This document shows positions 1 through 12,334 of a stretch of 34,635 nucleotides of DNA, piece by piece. The stretch lies in NCBI GenBank assembly GCA_022813965.1, contig JALDZS010000228.1, forward strand, positions 1 to 34,635. Reading direction: 5' to 3'. This stretch comes from Toensbergia leucococca (taxonomy: Eukaryota). Under the pieces are notes generated by a model. That model saw nothing but the letters and a program-made list of their open reading frames with translations, made no database searches and had not been told where the DNA came from. Both the position numbers and the translations under genes were made by a program. The number at the start of each line of letters is the position of its first letter. Position 1 is the stretch's first letter.

Positions 1-447
1 TCACTTCTTGGTGGGAGATAGAATGCCTGGAATGAACATTCTACCTGCAGGCGGGCAGCGTTGCCTTGCCAATGTGGGCATCTGACGGCAGAATGCTTTG
101 ACCGAGCTCAGGTACCTCTACTGGCTACTCAAGCTTCCTTCCCCTCGTACCGTACCTTACCTACTTTCTGGTCGTCGTCTTAGCCTCAGCAAGTGAGGAA
201 TGGAGGAATTCGCCGGGCACTTTCCATTATATCACGATCCCGGTCGTCGTTGCTGACCCGATGAGCTTCGTCATAGTGCATGTGCAAGAGAGACATGAAC
301 ATTTTCCACACATAAAGCTCCAGGTCCCACTGGAACGTTCATGTTCAACCGAAAAAGAGCACAATTGGCCTGTAACCATTGTTCTTTCTGCTATGTGCTT
401 ATTTTGCCTAATTCGTCGCCATCTGACCCGCTTATACATCTAGCAAA

Positions 448-3420
448 ATGTGGTTGACACCGCTGCTGCTTGCTGTCGCCACAGTCGTCCACGCTCAGGA
501 CGGGAATTTCTCTGCTCCTGTACGTTCACCTTTCAATTCTCTGAGCACAGCCTAAGAAATGGGAATGACATTCAAGACTTAGTTCCCCAACTCAACATAT
601 CCTGGAGCAGCTTCGCCAGATCCAGATACCGCTGCTGGTTCTCAAAGCTTTCAGTCATCTCCACCGTACTATCCATCACCTTGGGGTTCTGGATCTGGGG
701 ACTGGTCCGATGCGTACGTCAAAGCACGAGCTTTCGTCAGTCAGCTTACGTTGCTTGAGAAAGTCAACTTAACAACTGGTGTTGGGTGTGTCGAAAGAGT
801 CTTGAAGGAACATATGACTTGAGGCTAATGCAAACCACAGATGGGAGGGGGAGCGTTGTGTTGGTCAGAACGGCGCTATCCCACGACTCGGCTTTAGAAG
901 CTTGTGCATGCAGGATTCGCCTGTTGGTGTACGACTCAGTATGTTTTTGAGGTCGACGAGGTATTGGGCAAGTTACTAATCTGCTATAGCTGACTTCAAC
1001 TCTGTTTTCCCTGCCGGAGTTAATGTTGCTGCTACTTTCGACCGAGGGATGGCATATGCTCGAGGCGTGGCTATGGGCGAGGAGCATCGAGGAAAGGGGA
1101 CTGACGTTCAGCTAGGGCCAGTTGCAGGTCCTTTGGGTCGGGTACCAGAAGGAGGCCGAAATTGGGAGGGATTTAGGTGAGCTATCTCTTGGGAATCTTC
1201 GAAAGTTTCTAATATGATTTGCAGTCCCGATCCTGTACTGACAGGTGTCTTGATCGCTCAAACTGTTCAGGGCATTCAAAGCGCCGGGGTGATTGCCTGT
1301 GCAAAGCATTACATTGGAAATGAACAAGAACACTTTCGTCAGCTCCTCGAAGCCGCAGGCTTTGGCTTCACTATCAATGACAGTTATAGCTCAAACATTG
1401 ACGATGTGACGTTGCACGAGCTTTACTTATGGTGAGTGTATCCTTCGTAACTACATCGAATACGATGAGTTGATTCTCCATAGGCCATTCGCTGATGCCG
1501 TACGAGCTGGTGTTGGGTCCATCATGTGTTCCTATAATCAGGTCAACAACAGCTATTCTTGCCAAAACAGCCACTTGCAAAACTACATTCTGAAAGGAGA
1601 GCTTGGTTTCCAAGGATTCATCATGAGTGATTGGGGCGCTCATCACTCTGGGGTCGGTAGCGCTCTAGCAGGTCTAGACATGAGTATGCCTGGCGACCTG
1701 GCATTTGACTCTGGGACCTCTTTCTGGGGCGCGAATCTTACAGTTGCCGTCCTCAACGGTACTGTACCAGAATGGCGTATTGATGATATGGCGACTCGAA
1801 TTGTTGCAGCATGGTACTATGTCGGCCGTGATACAAAGGCAGTCCCAATCAACTTTGATTCGTGGACTACCGATACTTATGGCTACGAGCATTTTGTAGC
1901 AATGGAAGGCTACACGCTGGTAAATGAGCACGTCGATGTCCGCGGCGACCATGGTGCTCTGATTCGACAGATCGGGGCTGCTAGCACGGTGCTGCTTAAG
2001 AATACTAACAGCGCCCTGCCTTTGAAAGGTACGGAAAAGTTCACTGCTGTGTTTGGCGAAGATGCTGGAGACAATCCATATGGCCCGAACGGCTGCTCCG
2101 ATCGTGGCTGCGACAACGGTACTCTTGGTATGGCATGGGGAAGTGGAAGTGCCAACTTCCCTTATCTCGTTACCCCTGAAACTGCTATTCAAAATGAAGT
2201 CCTTTCCAACAATGGCGTATTCCAATCTCTCACTGACAATTATGCGTTCATGCAAATCGAGGCTTTGGCCGGCCAGGCTAGCGTAGCCATCGTCTTCGTC
2301 AACTCAGATAGCGGTGAAGGATACATTGAGGTTGATGGCAACATTGGAGATCGTAACAATATTACTCTTTGGGGTGGCGGTGACTACTTGATTCAGAACG
2401 TCTCTGGTTATTGCAATAACACCATTGTTGTCGTCCATTCCACCGGTCCAGTTCTTTTGGGCAACTACTCCGACAACCCAAATGTCACCGCTATTCTATG
2501 GGCTGGTATCCCAGGCGAAGAGTCCGGCAATTCTATTACTGATGTTCTTTACGGCCGAGTAAATCCCGGGGCCAAATTACCATTCACCATGGCCGCAGTT
2601 CGAGAAGACTACAGTACCGATATTCTCTATCTTCCTAACGAGGGCACAGGAGCGCCACAAATCGATTTTACCGAGGGTGTCTTTATCGATTACCGCGGTT
2701 TTGACCACAAGGATACCACTCCGCTATATGAATTTGGGTTTGGATTAAGTTACACTACGTTCAGCTACTCGAACTTGCAGATTGTCAAGACCAATACGAG
2801 CATGTATACCCCGAACACTGGCATGAGTGCCGCAGCTCCTGTTCTGAGTACAGTGGACAACAACACTATGGATTATCTGTTCCCGGCCAACTTCACTCCC
2901 GTTTACCTATATATTTACCCGTACCTCAACTTCACCGATCTTGAGGCCTCCGCCAACGAGACTGACTACGCTACTCCCGGCTACATACCCGCTGGCTCTC
3001 AAGACGGCTCGCCGCAGCCATTCATCCCAGCTGGAGGTGCCCCTGGCGGAAATCCTGAATTGTACGACGTCCTCTACCAAGTCACCGCCACCATCACGAA
3101 TAACGGTAGCGTGGCCGGAGATGAAGTCCCGCAACTCGTAAGTCTTTCCATCCCATGTCCCAACCTCTCCCTGTTTAATTAACGTTCACCCCAAGTACCT
3201 TTCCCTCGGCGGTCCCTCCGACCCCAAGGCCGTCCTGCGTGGCTTTGAGCGCCTCTCAATCCAACCGGGTATGTCCGCTACCTTCACAGTCGATCTCACC
3301 CGCCGAGATGTCTCGAATTGGGACACGACCGCTCAGAATTGGGCCATCTCGACGTATCCGAAAACGGTGTTTGTGGGTAGCTCGTCGAGGAATCTACCGC
3401 TGTCGATGGCGCTACCGTGA
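448..3420 (+). CDS. bglA: Secreted GH3 beta-glucosidase (BglA/Bgl1 type), 7 exons, ~881 aa
   Basis: Exons 448-519, 583-785, 841-938, 990-1176, 1225-1431, 1484-3137, 3196-3420 total 2646 nt with consistent phases and GT-AG introns. Signal peptide [17 protein letters not shown]. Motifs [38 protein letters not shown], nucleophile GFIMSDW, acid/base DSGEGY, and an FnIII-like C-terminus (EVPQLY...LRGFER). Confidence 0.95.
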
Positions 3421-4471
3421 GGCGGATCTTGGGTGGGCGAGGGATGAGAAGTTTTGGACTTTATGATTTCCTGGGCTTGGAGGTTTTTGAGATGGGGAAG
3501 GGTGACGATGTTATGACTACCGCTTAGAAAAATGAGTGGGCGATTGGATAGGATGGGGTTGGGTAAATGACTTGATGTACCCTTTCTCGCTGATTGGGCT
3601 TGATGGGTGGGGAGGGAGGGATTATGATGGTCAAGATTTTGCTACGCACTGTGATGGTCTTCTTTCTTTATGGCTGTGGTATGTGCAAGGCGTGAGACGC
3701 GATGTGGGGAGGTGTGGTTGAGGTTAGTTGTATATATTTCTTTGTTGGAGGAGTGGGGGTGGATGTGGGTACTCGTATATATTTTGTAGCGGAAAAACAT
3801 CAGAGGCAGATGATTTGTGACGGGGACTTTTGGAAGCCGGTTGGGATTGATCCTTTGAGTTCAAGTGGTTTATGTGTGAATTTATGCCTCTCCGCTACCA
3901 CTACGATCGTCCCCCCTTTTTTTTCTCTCTTCATCTCAGGAGATGGACTGGTTACTAAGAACGTCTTCCCCTTTTCTCCCCTTGATATAATTTTAATTTC
4001 CCTCAACTTCCCTTTTGCAATGCAATATAAATCACACCCAGTTTCTTTTTTCTTGTCACCCCTTTCCGTCCACCTGGCCCTTCTTCAAAACTGGGGTTTG
4101 TGTGTGAAGAAGAGGGGGAGGGGATGGGGGGAGAAGTGGTTTATTAGAGGCCGAGGATGTTAGGGATCTTTGGAAAATTCGGTTATTTCCTCTCTTTTTT
4201 CTTGTTCTTGGAAAGCGGGGAGGCGCGGGTTGCTACGGTGACTGAGATCTGGATTTCTATGTTTTGGTTGCGTGGGGTTCTCGGTCGGAGAAAAAGAAAA
4301 GAGGAGGGGGGAGAGGGAGGGGGTAGCGGGGGGGAGGGAGTGCGATGATGAGTTGTACCACCGAACCTCGCGCGGGAGAGTGGTGTAGGAAATGCCGATT
4401 TTATGGGCCCCCGACTTCGCTGACTGCTTTTGACCGACTTCACCCAGGGTGAGAAACGTAGATGGCTGACC

Positions 4472-6508
4472 TCATTTCCTAGCTTTCTTCTTCCCAAAAT
4501 GCGCATCCAGGGTATTCTGGCCGCGTTTCCTCTTCCCAGCTGCAGGGGTATCAGCATCACCGCCTTTATTCTGGCCTCCCTTTTCCGCAGCCTCAGTTTC
4601 GTCTTCGTCAACGCCTGCTGCATTTTCTTCATGTTTCGCCTTTCGGGCACCATTAGAGCCTCCTTCGTCAAACAAGGCTCTCCAAGTCCCGTCCTTGCAT
4701 TTTTCGTTGTCTCCATACAGGCCAATGCGGTAGGCGGTTTTCATGCCATCAATACAAGCAGTTCTTCTTTCGTCGAAATCGAACATTGGTTTGGGATATG
4801 CCTTCGAGCCATCAATTTCCGCTTCAGTCCCATCCCCTCGAACCAGGCACCCGGCATTCTTCTGATCAAGCAGCGGCGCCTTCCACGGCTCATATATATA
4901 CTTGACCGGATATTTCTCCAGCTCAGGAACATACCTCCTCACGAACGCCCCCTCCTTGTCCGTCTTTTTCGGAAATGCAATGGGTGAATAGCACCGATAA
5001 AACATGGCGTAAAAAGCCGTGCAACTTAGCCACTGCCAATTTCCCGCGTTGCACGCGACCTCGTGATCAATCAGCCACTCCTCGAACACCTCAGCACCGC
5101 GCTCCCATGAAACATAGCAGCCACCTCGCGTGAGGAAGCATGCGACGGCATGGCGGCCGAGGTGGTGAATCCAGCCTTCTTGGCGCAGCTGGCGCATTAG
5201 AGCATCGATCCAAGGGAAGCCGGTACGGCCATATCTCCAGCGCTGGAACCAGACTTCAGCTGAGGCGTTGTCGATGGTATAAGAGCCCGTGACTAGGCCA
5301 TTTTCTTTGTTTACCTCGCTGGGCAAATGCCATGGAATGAACCTGCAGTGAGAGTTGCCGACAGTTTGGGAAAATTGGTATCCCAAGGCAGCTTGAGCGC
5401 CAAAGTACATATCTCTGAAGAGTAATTGGCCGATAAGATTTGTGGGGATGGTGCTTGCCTTTCCTTTGTACTTCCTCATTACATCTTGCACGCGCCAGTA
5501 GAATTCACGGACTGAAACAGAGCCAAAATGCATATGAGGAGAGAGAAGGGTTGTTGACTGAGGGGCAAATGCTGTGGGTGCTGTAGCAGGCTTAGAAAAG
5601 GTAGCGGTATAATGTTCATCTTTTATGATTCGGTCAAGCTGAGCAAGACCTATTGTCTCACCTCCAAGTTGCAGCGATGTCGCAGGCTTCAAGCCCAGCT
5701 CCGCCATTGTAGGGACGGCGAAATCTCCTTCTGGGCCTGCGAGATTGGCGTAGGATGTTTCTTCATCGGAGCGCTGAATACTGTTGAAATCGGGGTTTTG
5801 CGGTGGCCGTGTTTGATTAATGTCCAGGGAAGTGTCTCCTGGGTCCGGGAGGGACTTCGGAGCAGGGAGGGGCCGTGGTATGGAGCCGAGCTTGTCGCCA
5901 GCCTAACGAGACGTTAGCCATCGGGAGTCTTATTCGTCGCTATCCCAATATCATCATACGTGCTGCACTTGAGTAATACTCATGGTTGGTTTGCCCCCAT
6001 TCGCCTTGACAAGCTCATCCGGATCGTATAAAGTTCTACCCATTTTTACAATGACCTTTACGCCTGCCTCCTTTGCAATTTTCATGACCTCGGCATCTCT
6101 TTCTCGGGCGTATGCATCGGTATCCTTCTCAAATACCAAATGGGAAATTTTCCATGCTTTCAACAGCTTCGCGAAGAGGGTTTGCGGGGCTTCTCGAATC
6201 ACGAACAATTTGGAATTTGGGTTAAGCTTTGTGATTGAGGCAGAAAGATCAGATTGACATTCGAGTCTATTGAGACGTCATATTTGATTAGTAAGGCGTG
6301 TAAACTTCTGAAGAAACAGCTCATGTCTCACTCACAAGTATCGCCATCTGTTAGGTCCTACTCTGGCACGGTAAACATAATGGGGATCCCAGCACCATAC
6401 AGGATACAAGCAATCAGGCTTAAGATCTAGGGCAGCCTTCAGGGCAGGCGAATCATGAAGACGTAGATCAGTGCGAAACCAGTAGATAACTCGAGGTTTC
6501 GAAGGCAT
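4472..6508 (-). CDS. (6-4) photolyase / cryptochrome family protein, 3 exons, ~636 aa
   Basis: Exons 6508-6336, 6266-5960, 5902-4472 (1911 nt). N-terminal WFRTDLRLHDSPAL; FAD-domain motifs TTLLSPHMHFG, GRTGFPWIDALMRQL, GWIHHLGRHAVACFLTRG (both (6-4) catalytic His positions present), NAGNWQWLS. Basic NLS-like tail KRKR...KKKARK. Confidence 0.95.
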
Positions 6509-7146
6509 GTTCACGAATGCACAGAGATTCGACGGTAGAGCACAAAGATAATTGGAAACATTTATGGTATGGTTGAATCACAAGGAGCACAACGCAGGTT
6601 CAATACGGTAGACGAGTGGAATGATGATTTGAAACCAGAATTAAGACGAGACCAGCTCGAAGAGAAGGAAGAACGCGTTCCTGAAAACGATGATGACATG
6701 TGTGACAGCCGGGGAGTCGGGGATAAATCCTAGCCTCTTCGCTTACCGTTTCGCTAAGCTTAGTGGCTTGCTTGTACTAGCTCACTACCTTAGGAGATGG
6801 GGAGGAAGTCTGGAAGACGTACAGAGTAAGGGGCAAGAAATAGAAAAGACAAGACGAGAAACCCCCCGACTCTAGTGGCTTCACGAATAAAGCGTGCACT
6901 TTCATTAGGTGACGCATTTCAGAGACTCCAGAAGCTTGGAGATCGGAATGTGCAAAGCAGCGCAAGCACACTCAGCCTGGCTTTTCACCGCAAAAGACAG
7001 AAATTTTGCATTCAAGTCATGCCTTCGTATAATCCATGTTGGCTATGTACAGTCCAATGAAGACTGAAACATGCTTCGGGTGCCCTCAGCTACTTCGTGC
7101 TTCCGAATACTCACGCTCTTATCTCCCCCAACTGCCTAGTCATCTT

Positions 7147-9559
7147 CTACTCTCCTTCCATCGAAGTGATCTTGCGCTCCCGCAGGCTAGCACTTCGGCG
7201 TCTAGTCCTATCGGCTGCTTCATCTTTGACCTCGCTCAAGGCATCCTTGGAACCACCAAGCCTCCCCATGCTTGCCACAAGTGTTGTATTCTCTTTTTGT
7301 AATGCGCCAACCTGCTCCCTCAGAATATCCCTTTCTCTTTTCACAACCTCCAATTCCTGCTTCACTTCCTCTTTCTCCCTCGTCAGTCTTGCCTTCTCAT
7401 CCTTATCCTCCATTTTCTTCCTTCTATCTTCCACTTTAGCCGCTTCTTTAACACGCTTAGCTTCTAGCTTGGCCACCTCCCTTTTGTATTTCTCTTCTTG
7501 TTTTTGCACTTCGCGCGCATGCTTTTCTTCTGCCCTTTTCATCCGTTCGGCTTCCTTGGATGTCAATTCCTCTTTATCTTTGACTTCCTTTTCTCGAGTT
7601 CTAATGAGGTTTTCATCCAGCTTTTTCTTGCGCTCGTTCAGCTTGGCCAACTCTTTCTCATGCCATGATAGACATACTCCATCTTTAGGGTTCGTCTTCG
7701 AGGCAGTGGATTGGATGGACAGTGTGTCGTCAATGTTGCCATCCGGGCCCTCTGGAGCACTAGCAAAAGACATGATACTTGAAGCAGAGTCGATTGACGA
7801 TGTTTCGTTTAGGCTCTTGCTAATTTTTGAGGGCGAATCGTCACTCGCCATCGCCGCTGTTGAGGAGCTAGAAGGAGATTGCCGATGGCCTGGTAAGCGG
7901 TCTATTACAGCTTGTGGTGCGTATGATTCGAACCCTGCGACTGCAGCATTAGTCACATTTGTGAGTAATCCACTGTTATTCTGCTGTGATACGGCTCCAA
8001 TATTCCCGCTCGTTTGAGTATCAGGCGAAGTTTCTTCAGATGTTTCGACGCTTTCTCTACCGTTTTCTAAACCTGCCAAGTGGCCATTTGTCTGATAGGC
8101 TTCGAGGGAATTTGTTCTTTGATGTTTCGCTAAGGGTTGACGGATTTCATCATCTTTGACGTCTTCGACCTCCTCGTCTGACTCTGGGTGCTCTTTTTTG
8201 CACGCCCAGTCTAGAAATTTGCTAGCATCTGCAACGATGCTCGATGGAGTTCCTCTTTCGACTAGCCATCGTGGTACGCTTCCCCCTGGATCACTACGTG
8301 TGATCATGATCCATTCCACCGGATTTAGTTCCGCCTCGTCGTCAAAGTCTGGCTCAGGTGTATCCATTGCTTCGCCCTTGGCTCTACGCCCACGAGACTC
8401 GGCGAAAGATATCGTTTTACCGCGTTTTCGAGCCTCTGACACTATTTCCTCTGCCACAGCTGGAGAAAGTTGAGATTCAGCTTGTATGCTATCCACTAGC
8501 TGTGCATCGCTTTCTCCTGTGTGTGAGTTTTCTAGAGATTGTAAAGTTTTTTGTGCATTTCGCAGCAAAGCTTCCTTTCCAAGGGGAGGAGATGCTGATC
8601 TTGCTCGCATCGATTTGAGCAGATCCGAAGTAGACGATGACTTTGTAGGCTTCTGAGGTATTTCACGGATGAATTCGATAGATTCGTACTGACCCCTAAT
8701 GAAACCGTCCCGAGGAGGACAGTCAGGATGTATGCATGGCTTCGATATCACCATGAAATGTCTTGGATTTCCTATGAACCGTGCTGGTTTCGGCCTTCCT
8801 TGGGTTGGAGAGTAATCCGGTACTGACAACGAAGATGATGGGTCAGGGATTGCGGAGGAAGATGTGAGTAGCAAGGTAACGAAGTCTCGTGGCGCGGTAG
8901 GGCCTGGAAATTGTGCGGATAGATGGTAGACTACGTTTTCGTCAAAAATAATGCAATTGAAGCAGTGGTCCCTTGGCACTCCTTGAAAGATGATCAAGAG
9001 ACGAAGACTGACCCTCTGCCATTCCAACACCTTTGACTCCGATTCTTTCCACCCTTCGCTCGCCTCCGATGCCTCGCACGTTTCCTTCTCCCGGACCTCC
9101 CTGAACTTCCAAACTCTCCGGGAATTCTCTCTGCAACCCCATCTTCCACTTTTTGAATCCCATTCCCTCATGTACGCTTCTCCTTGCAAACCACGCTCCT
9201 TTTCCGTCCTTCCCATTCAATTTGTATACTGCCATAGCCAAAGGGTTGTCTTTCGCGGCCAATTTGATAGGTTTGCCCCATTCTTTCTGCAGCACAGCAT
9301 GCAAGGGAGAAGGAGGATCCGGGCGGGCTGAGGAAACAGACATTTCCGAGACACTAGAGGCGGTAGAGGCACCAGTGCTGGCACGGCTTCGGGTTGCGAG
9401 GGAGGAGTCGTCAATCGAAGGAGGGGGGACAGAGTCAATGAGGGCTTGAGATTGAAAGAAGGCATCTTGTAGATAATCCTTTAGAAGTGGTTCATCAAGG
9501 GGCACCGAGGAGAAGGAGGTTGGACTAAGCGTTTGAAGGGCGGAATGGAGGGCGGCCAT
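7147..9559 (-). CDS. DUF3074-like (START/SRPBCC-like) protein with C-terminal coiled coil, 2 exons, ~776 aa
   Basis: Exons 9559-9013 and 8930-7147 (intron GTCAGT...TAG, 82 nt) join the two overlapping track ORFs in frame. Motifs WFARRSVHEG, VYHLSAQFPGPTAPRDFVTLLL, GQYESIEFIRE, VEWIMITRSDPGGSVPRW; E/K-rich heptad region near the C-terminus. Confidence 0.85.
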
Positions 9560-10169
9560 TCCTGTGAACAATCCAGACCAAGAAGACCAAACGGGGGAGC
9601 TATGTTTGTGGCTCTGTAAGCACTACTTCAGGATTTCAAGTACCCCAAGTTCTACTAGCTAGCCGTGAACTTCTATCAGAATGTAGGTAGTTCATGAGTT
9701 TGCTTGACGGCGTAGAACAATTGAGATTGCGTGGACGAGATGTTTAGAGTCAGCAACATGGACGAAGCTCTTATTCACTTTGGAATGCTGCTGATTTGCA
9801 TCACGCATGGGTGACATCGGCGCCGGCGCAGCTGGTGAAATGTCCCTCCGTCATGCCGTAATTCCTTGGTTTCCGAGCGTAACTCGGATGTTTCGGTTGA
9901 TGGATTGTTCTAGAGATTATTCTACTCCGTCTTACTCAATCATGAGGTACGATACACCATGAGGTATCTGAACAAACTTCCTATGAGGCTATGAGTACGG
10001 ATACAATGGAAATAGGAGTTGAGTCAATCGGATCAAAGAACGTTCCTGCAGGTACGAGTGCGATAGTAAGCCGATGTTCATGTTCTGGTTTGCGGGGCAT
10101 AAATTTCAAAGGCTACTACTTATGACGTACGAGTAGTCATTAAGGTAATTAATGTAAGGCAGCGAGGGC

Positions 10170-10195
10170 AGGTAGGTAGGTAGGTAGGTAGGTAG
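10170..10195. repeat. (AGGT)6 tetranucleotide microsatellite
   Basis: aggtaggtaggtaggtaggtaggtag read directly from the sequence. Confidence 0.9.
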
Positions 10196-11290
10196 CTCAG
10201 GGCAAGATATCAATTGCCGAGCCTAAAGTAAGAGCCCCTATTAAGTTCCTTCTATTACTGATATTTCGTAGGACCAGAATGCTCTCAAAAAACGTGCATG
10301 TTTCTCCGTCCATCTCCGTTCTCACCATTTCTTTCTCTTTACACAGGGAGAAGAAAGCACTTGCAGTAAGCATGGTGAATGCTTTCTGACAATGATAAAT
10401 AGCAGCATTATTGAACTCGAGGATCAAAGCTGAGGACAGTCCTCTATACTTTTCACAATATCCATTAATTATATATAAAGAGCACAGCTCCTTCCCATCA
10501 TCCCATTCCTCTCAATCAATGAGAAGCTCCCCCAATCCAGTTCGGGGGGCAGGAGACGGCCGTGTAAGCTCCCACTTGCCGTCAAGCTTGATCTTTCCGA
10601 GATCCGGTAATATCACAAAAAAGACCACAGATCTTCCCTCAAGTATCGCCACAGACGAACCCGATGCGCAAACCACCGGCCCTTTTCGAGATTTTTGCCC
10701 GCCGACAACGCAGATATAATACAAGCATACTAGATGCTGTAAACCCCAATATTTCCCAGTCGTCTCTCATCATCGTATCAATGCTAGCTGGTACGCAGTA
10801 CCAGAATGAGCTGACGAGCAGTCGAGGCACCCATCGAAATGGACTAGCCAAAATCCAAGGCGTACGTCTCCTGCGAATCGAGGACCAAGGAAATTAGATA
10901 AGACTAAATTTAGACAGATGAGCCGCTCCATAGCCGTGAGGCTGCCACCATCTTGTATAATGCAGGACGTGCAAGCCGCTCCAGAAAACCGTTACAAGGA
11001 GAAGAACATTGAGGATGGTGCGGACCTGCCGATGCCTGACGCGATGAATCCGATTGTAAGTGCAGCAACGCTCGCTTGAAAGACGCAGGACAAAAAGTAT
11101 AAAACAATGTGAAAAGGAGACGTATCCGGCTCGTATCCGTGTCACTAATTCAGAATAAACGCCAGCCATGATGATGGTATCGGTAATGCCGCTGTGACTT
11201 CAAAGCTTGTTTCCAGGTCGTTCTCGTTGCTCATATTGAATATGTGTACTGATAGAAGCGAAAAACACGCCGCTGCGGTCAATGAAGTAA

Positions 11291-12334
11291 TCACATCGTA
11301 GTCGCATATGGCAGAGCGAAATCTTGATAACGATCCCAGCCAAAGCCACCATATCCAGCACTCGTACTGCACTGCTGAGTGAGCATGCTGGGTAAGGGTA
11401 ATTGTGGAATTGGGGCCGATGTCATTGGGGCACTATGGTATTGAGGCGCACTGTAACCCGCAGTTGTATATGGCTGGCTGTACGATGGCGTTGGCGACGG
11501 TAGTTGCGACTCGCCCATACTCATGTTCGCCCACATTCCAGAGTTGGAATCTCCTGATGAAGTCGTGCTTGGACTCGAAGGGACAATTCTCCAAGAATCG
11601 GCTGCACCTGAGTGAGGGTGAGGTAGTGTTGGTTGCCACCAATTTTCAGAACCGATAGAACTTGGTAATAGTGGAGTGGGCCGTATGATATCGACAATCC
11701 TTTGAGGCGGAGGTAGAAGTGGCAGGAACATGCCCATAATGGCAGATTTTACCTCTTCACTCCTCCCGCAAAGAAGCTCGCCGGCGCCATCCTCCTCTAA
11801 GCCTTCCAAAGCCAGGGCATTCGTGCGATAGACGAACTTATTAGCAGCTTGCACAAAGTCTTCCTGCAACTTCTTGAGCTGAATCTCTTTCTCTGACCAA
11901 GTCCATGTACTAGCGGATGTGTCGACCGAGTATATATCCTTGTGATACTCAACAAGAGATTCTATCGTATCGGTGGTAAGCTTGAATGCGACCTCGTTCT
12001 GCGACACCATATCCACATGAACAACATAAGCTTCGATGTAGATAAGCTGGTAATTGAATAAAGCTTCGATCAAGGGATTCTCATCCTTCTTGAGTTCTGC
12101 ATCGGGCGCTTTCGGTAGCATGATGGAGCAAAGAGTCCATATTGCTGAGGCGGATGATAGAGTCTCGGTTAGACAACGAAAATGCTGTGGGACACTGTTT
12201 AACGGCCTTTTGACTCGATTTATTCTCTTCAGGGTAGCGGTCAGCCATGGGTCTACCTTGGTATTGAGGACGACATTTGGAGTTGCGCGAGGTGCGAAGG
12301 CGGCAGCAGAAGCAGGTAATAGTATTGTGGGCAT
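11291..12334 (-). CDS. Uncharacterised fungal protein, intronless, 347 aa
   Basis: Long ATG-initiated ORF. Globular-looking N-terminal ~200 aa (WLTATLKRINRVKRPLNSV...YVVHVDMVSQNEVAFKLT) followed by a Pro/Ser-rich low-complexity tail. It resembles a conserved ascomycete hypothetical protein, but I cannot assign a function. Confidence 0.85.
   Translation of the reverse strand: MPTILLPASAAAFAPRATPNVVLNTKVDPWLTATLKRINRVKRPLNSVPQHFRCLTETLSSASAIWTLCSIMLPKAPDAELKKDENPLIEALFNYQLIYIEAYVVHVDMVSQNEVAFKLTTDTIESLVEYHKDIYSVDTSASTWTWSEKEIQLKKLQEDFVQAANKFVYRTNALALEGLEEDGAGELLCGRSEEVKSAIMGMFLPLLPPPQRIVDIIRPTPLLPSSIGSENWWQPTLPHPHSGAADSWRIVPSSPSTTSSGDSNSGMWANMSMGESQLPSPTPSYSQPYTTAGYSAPQYHSAPMTSAPIPQLPLPSMLTQQCSTSAGYGGFGWDRYQDFALPYATTM

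Noticed and set aside
180..185. XlnR-like GGCTAA site on the minus strand upstream of bglA
   Set aside because: A single hexamer is expected by chance, and no paired site is visible.
3536..4725. Track ORFs between bglA and the photolyase (153 aa, 180 aa and others)
   Set aside because: Low-complexity, composition-driven frames in UTR/terminator DNA, or alternative frames of the photolyase.
7097..8017. 306-aa plus-strand ORF
   Set aside because: Antisense shadow of the E/K-rich coiled-coil region of the DUF3074-like gene.
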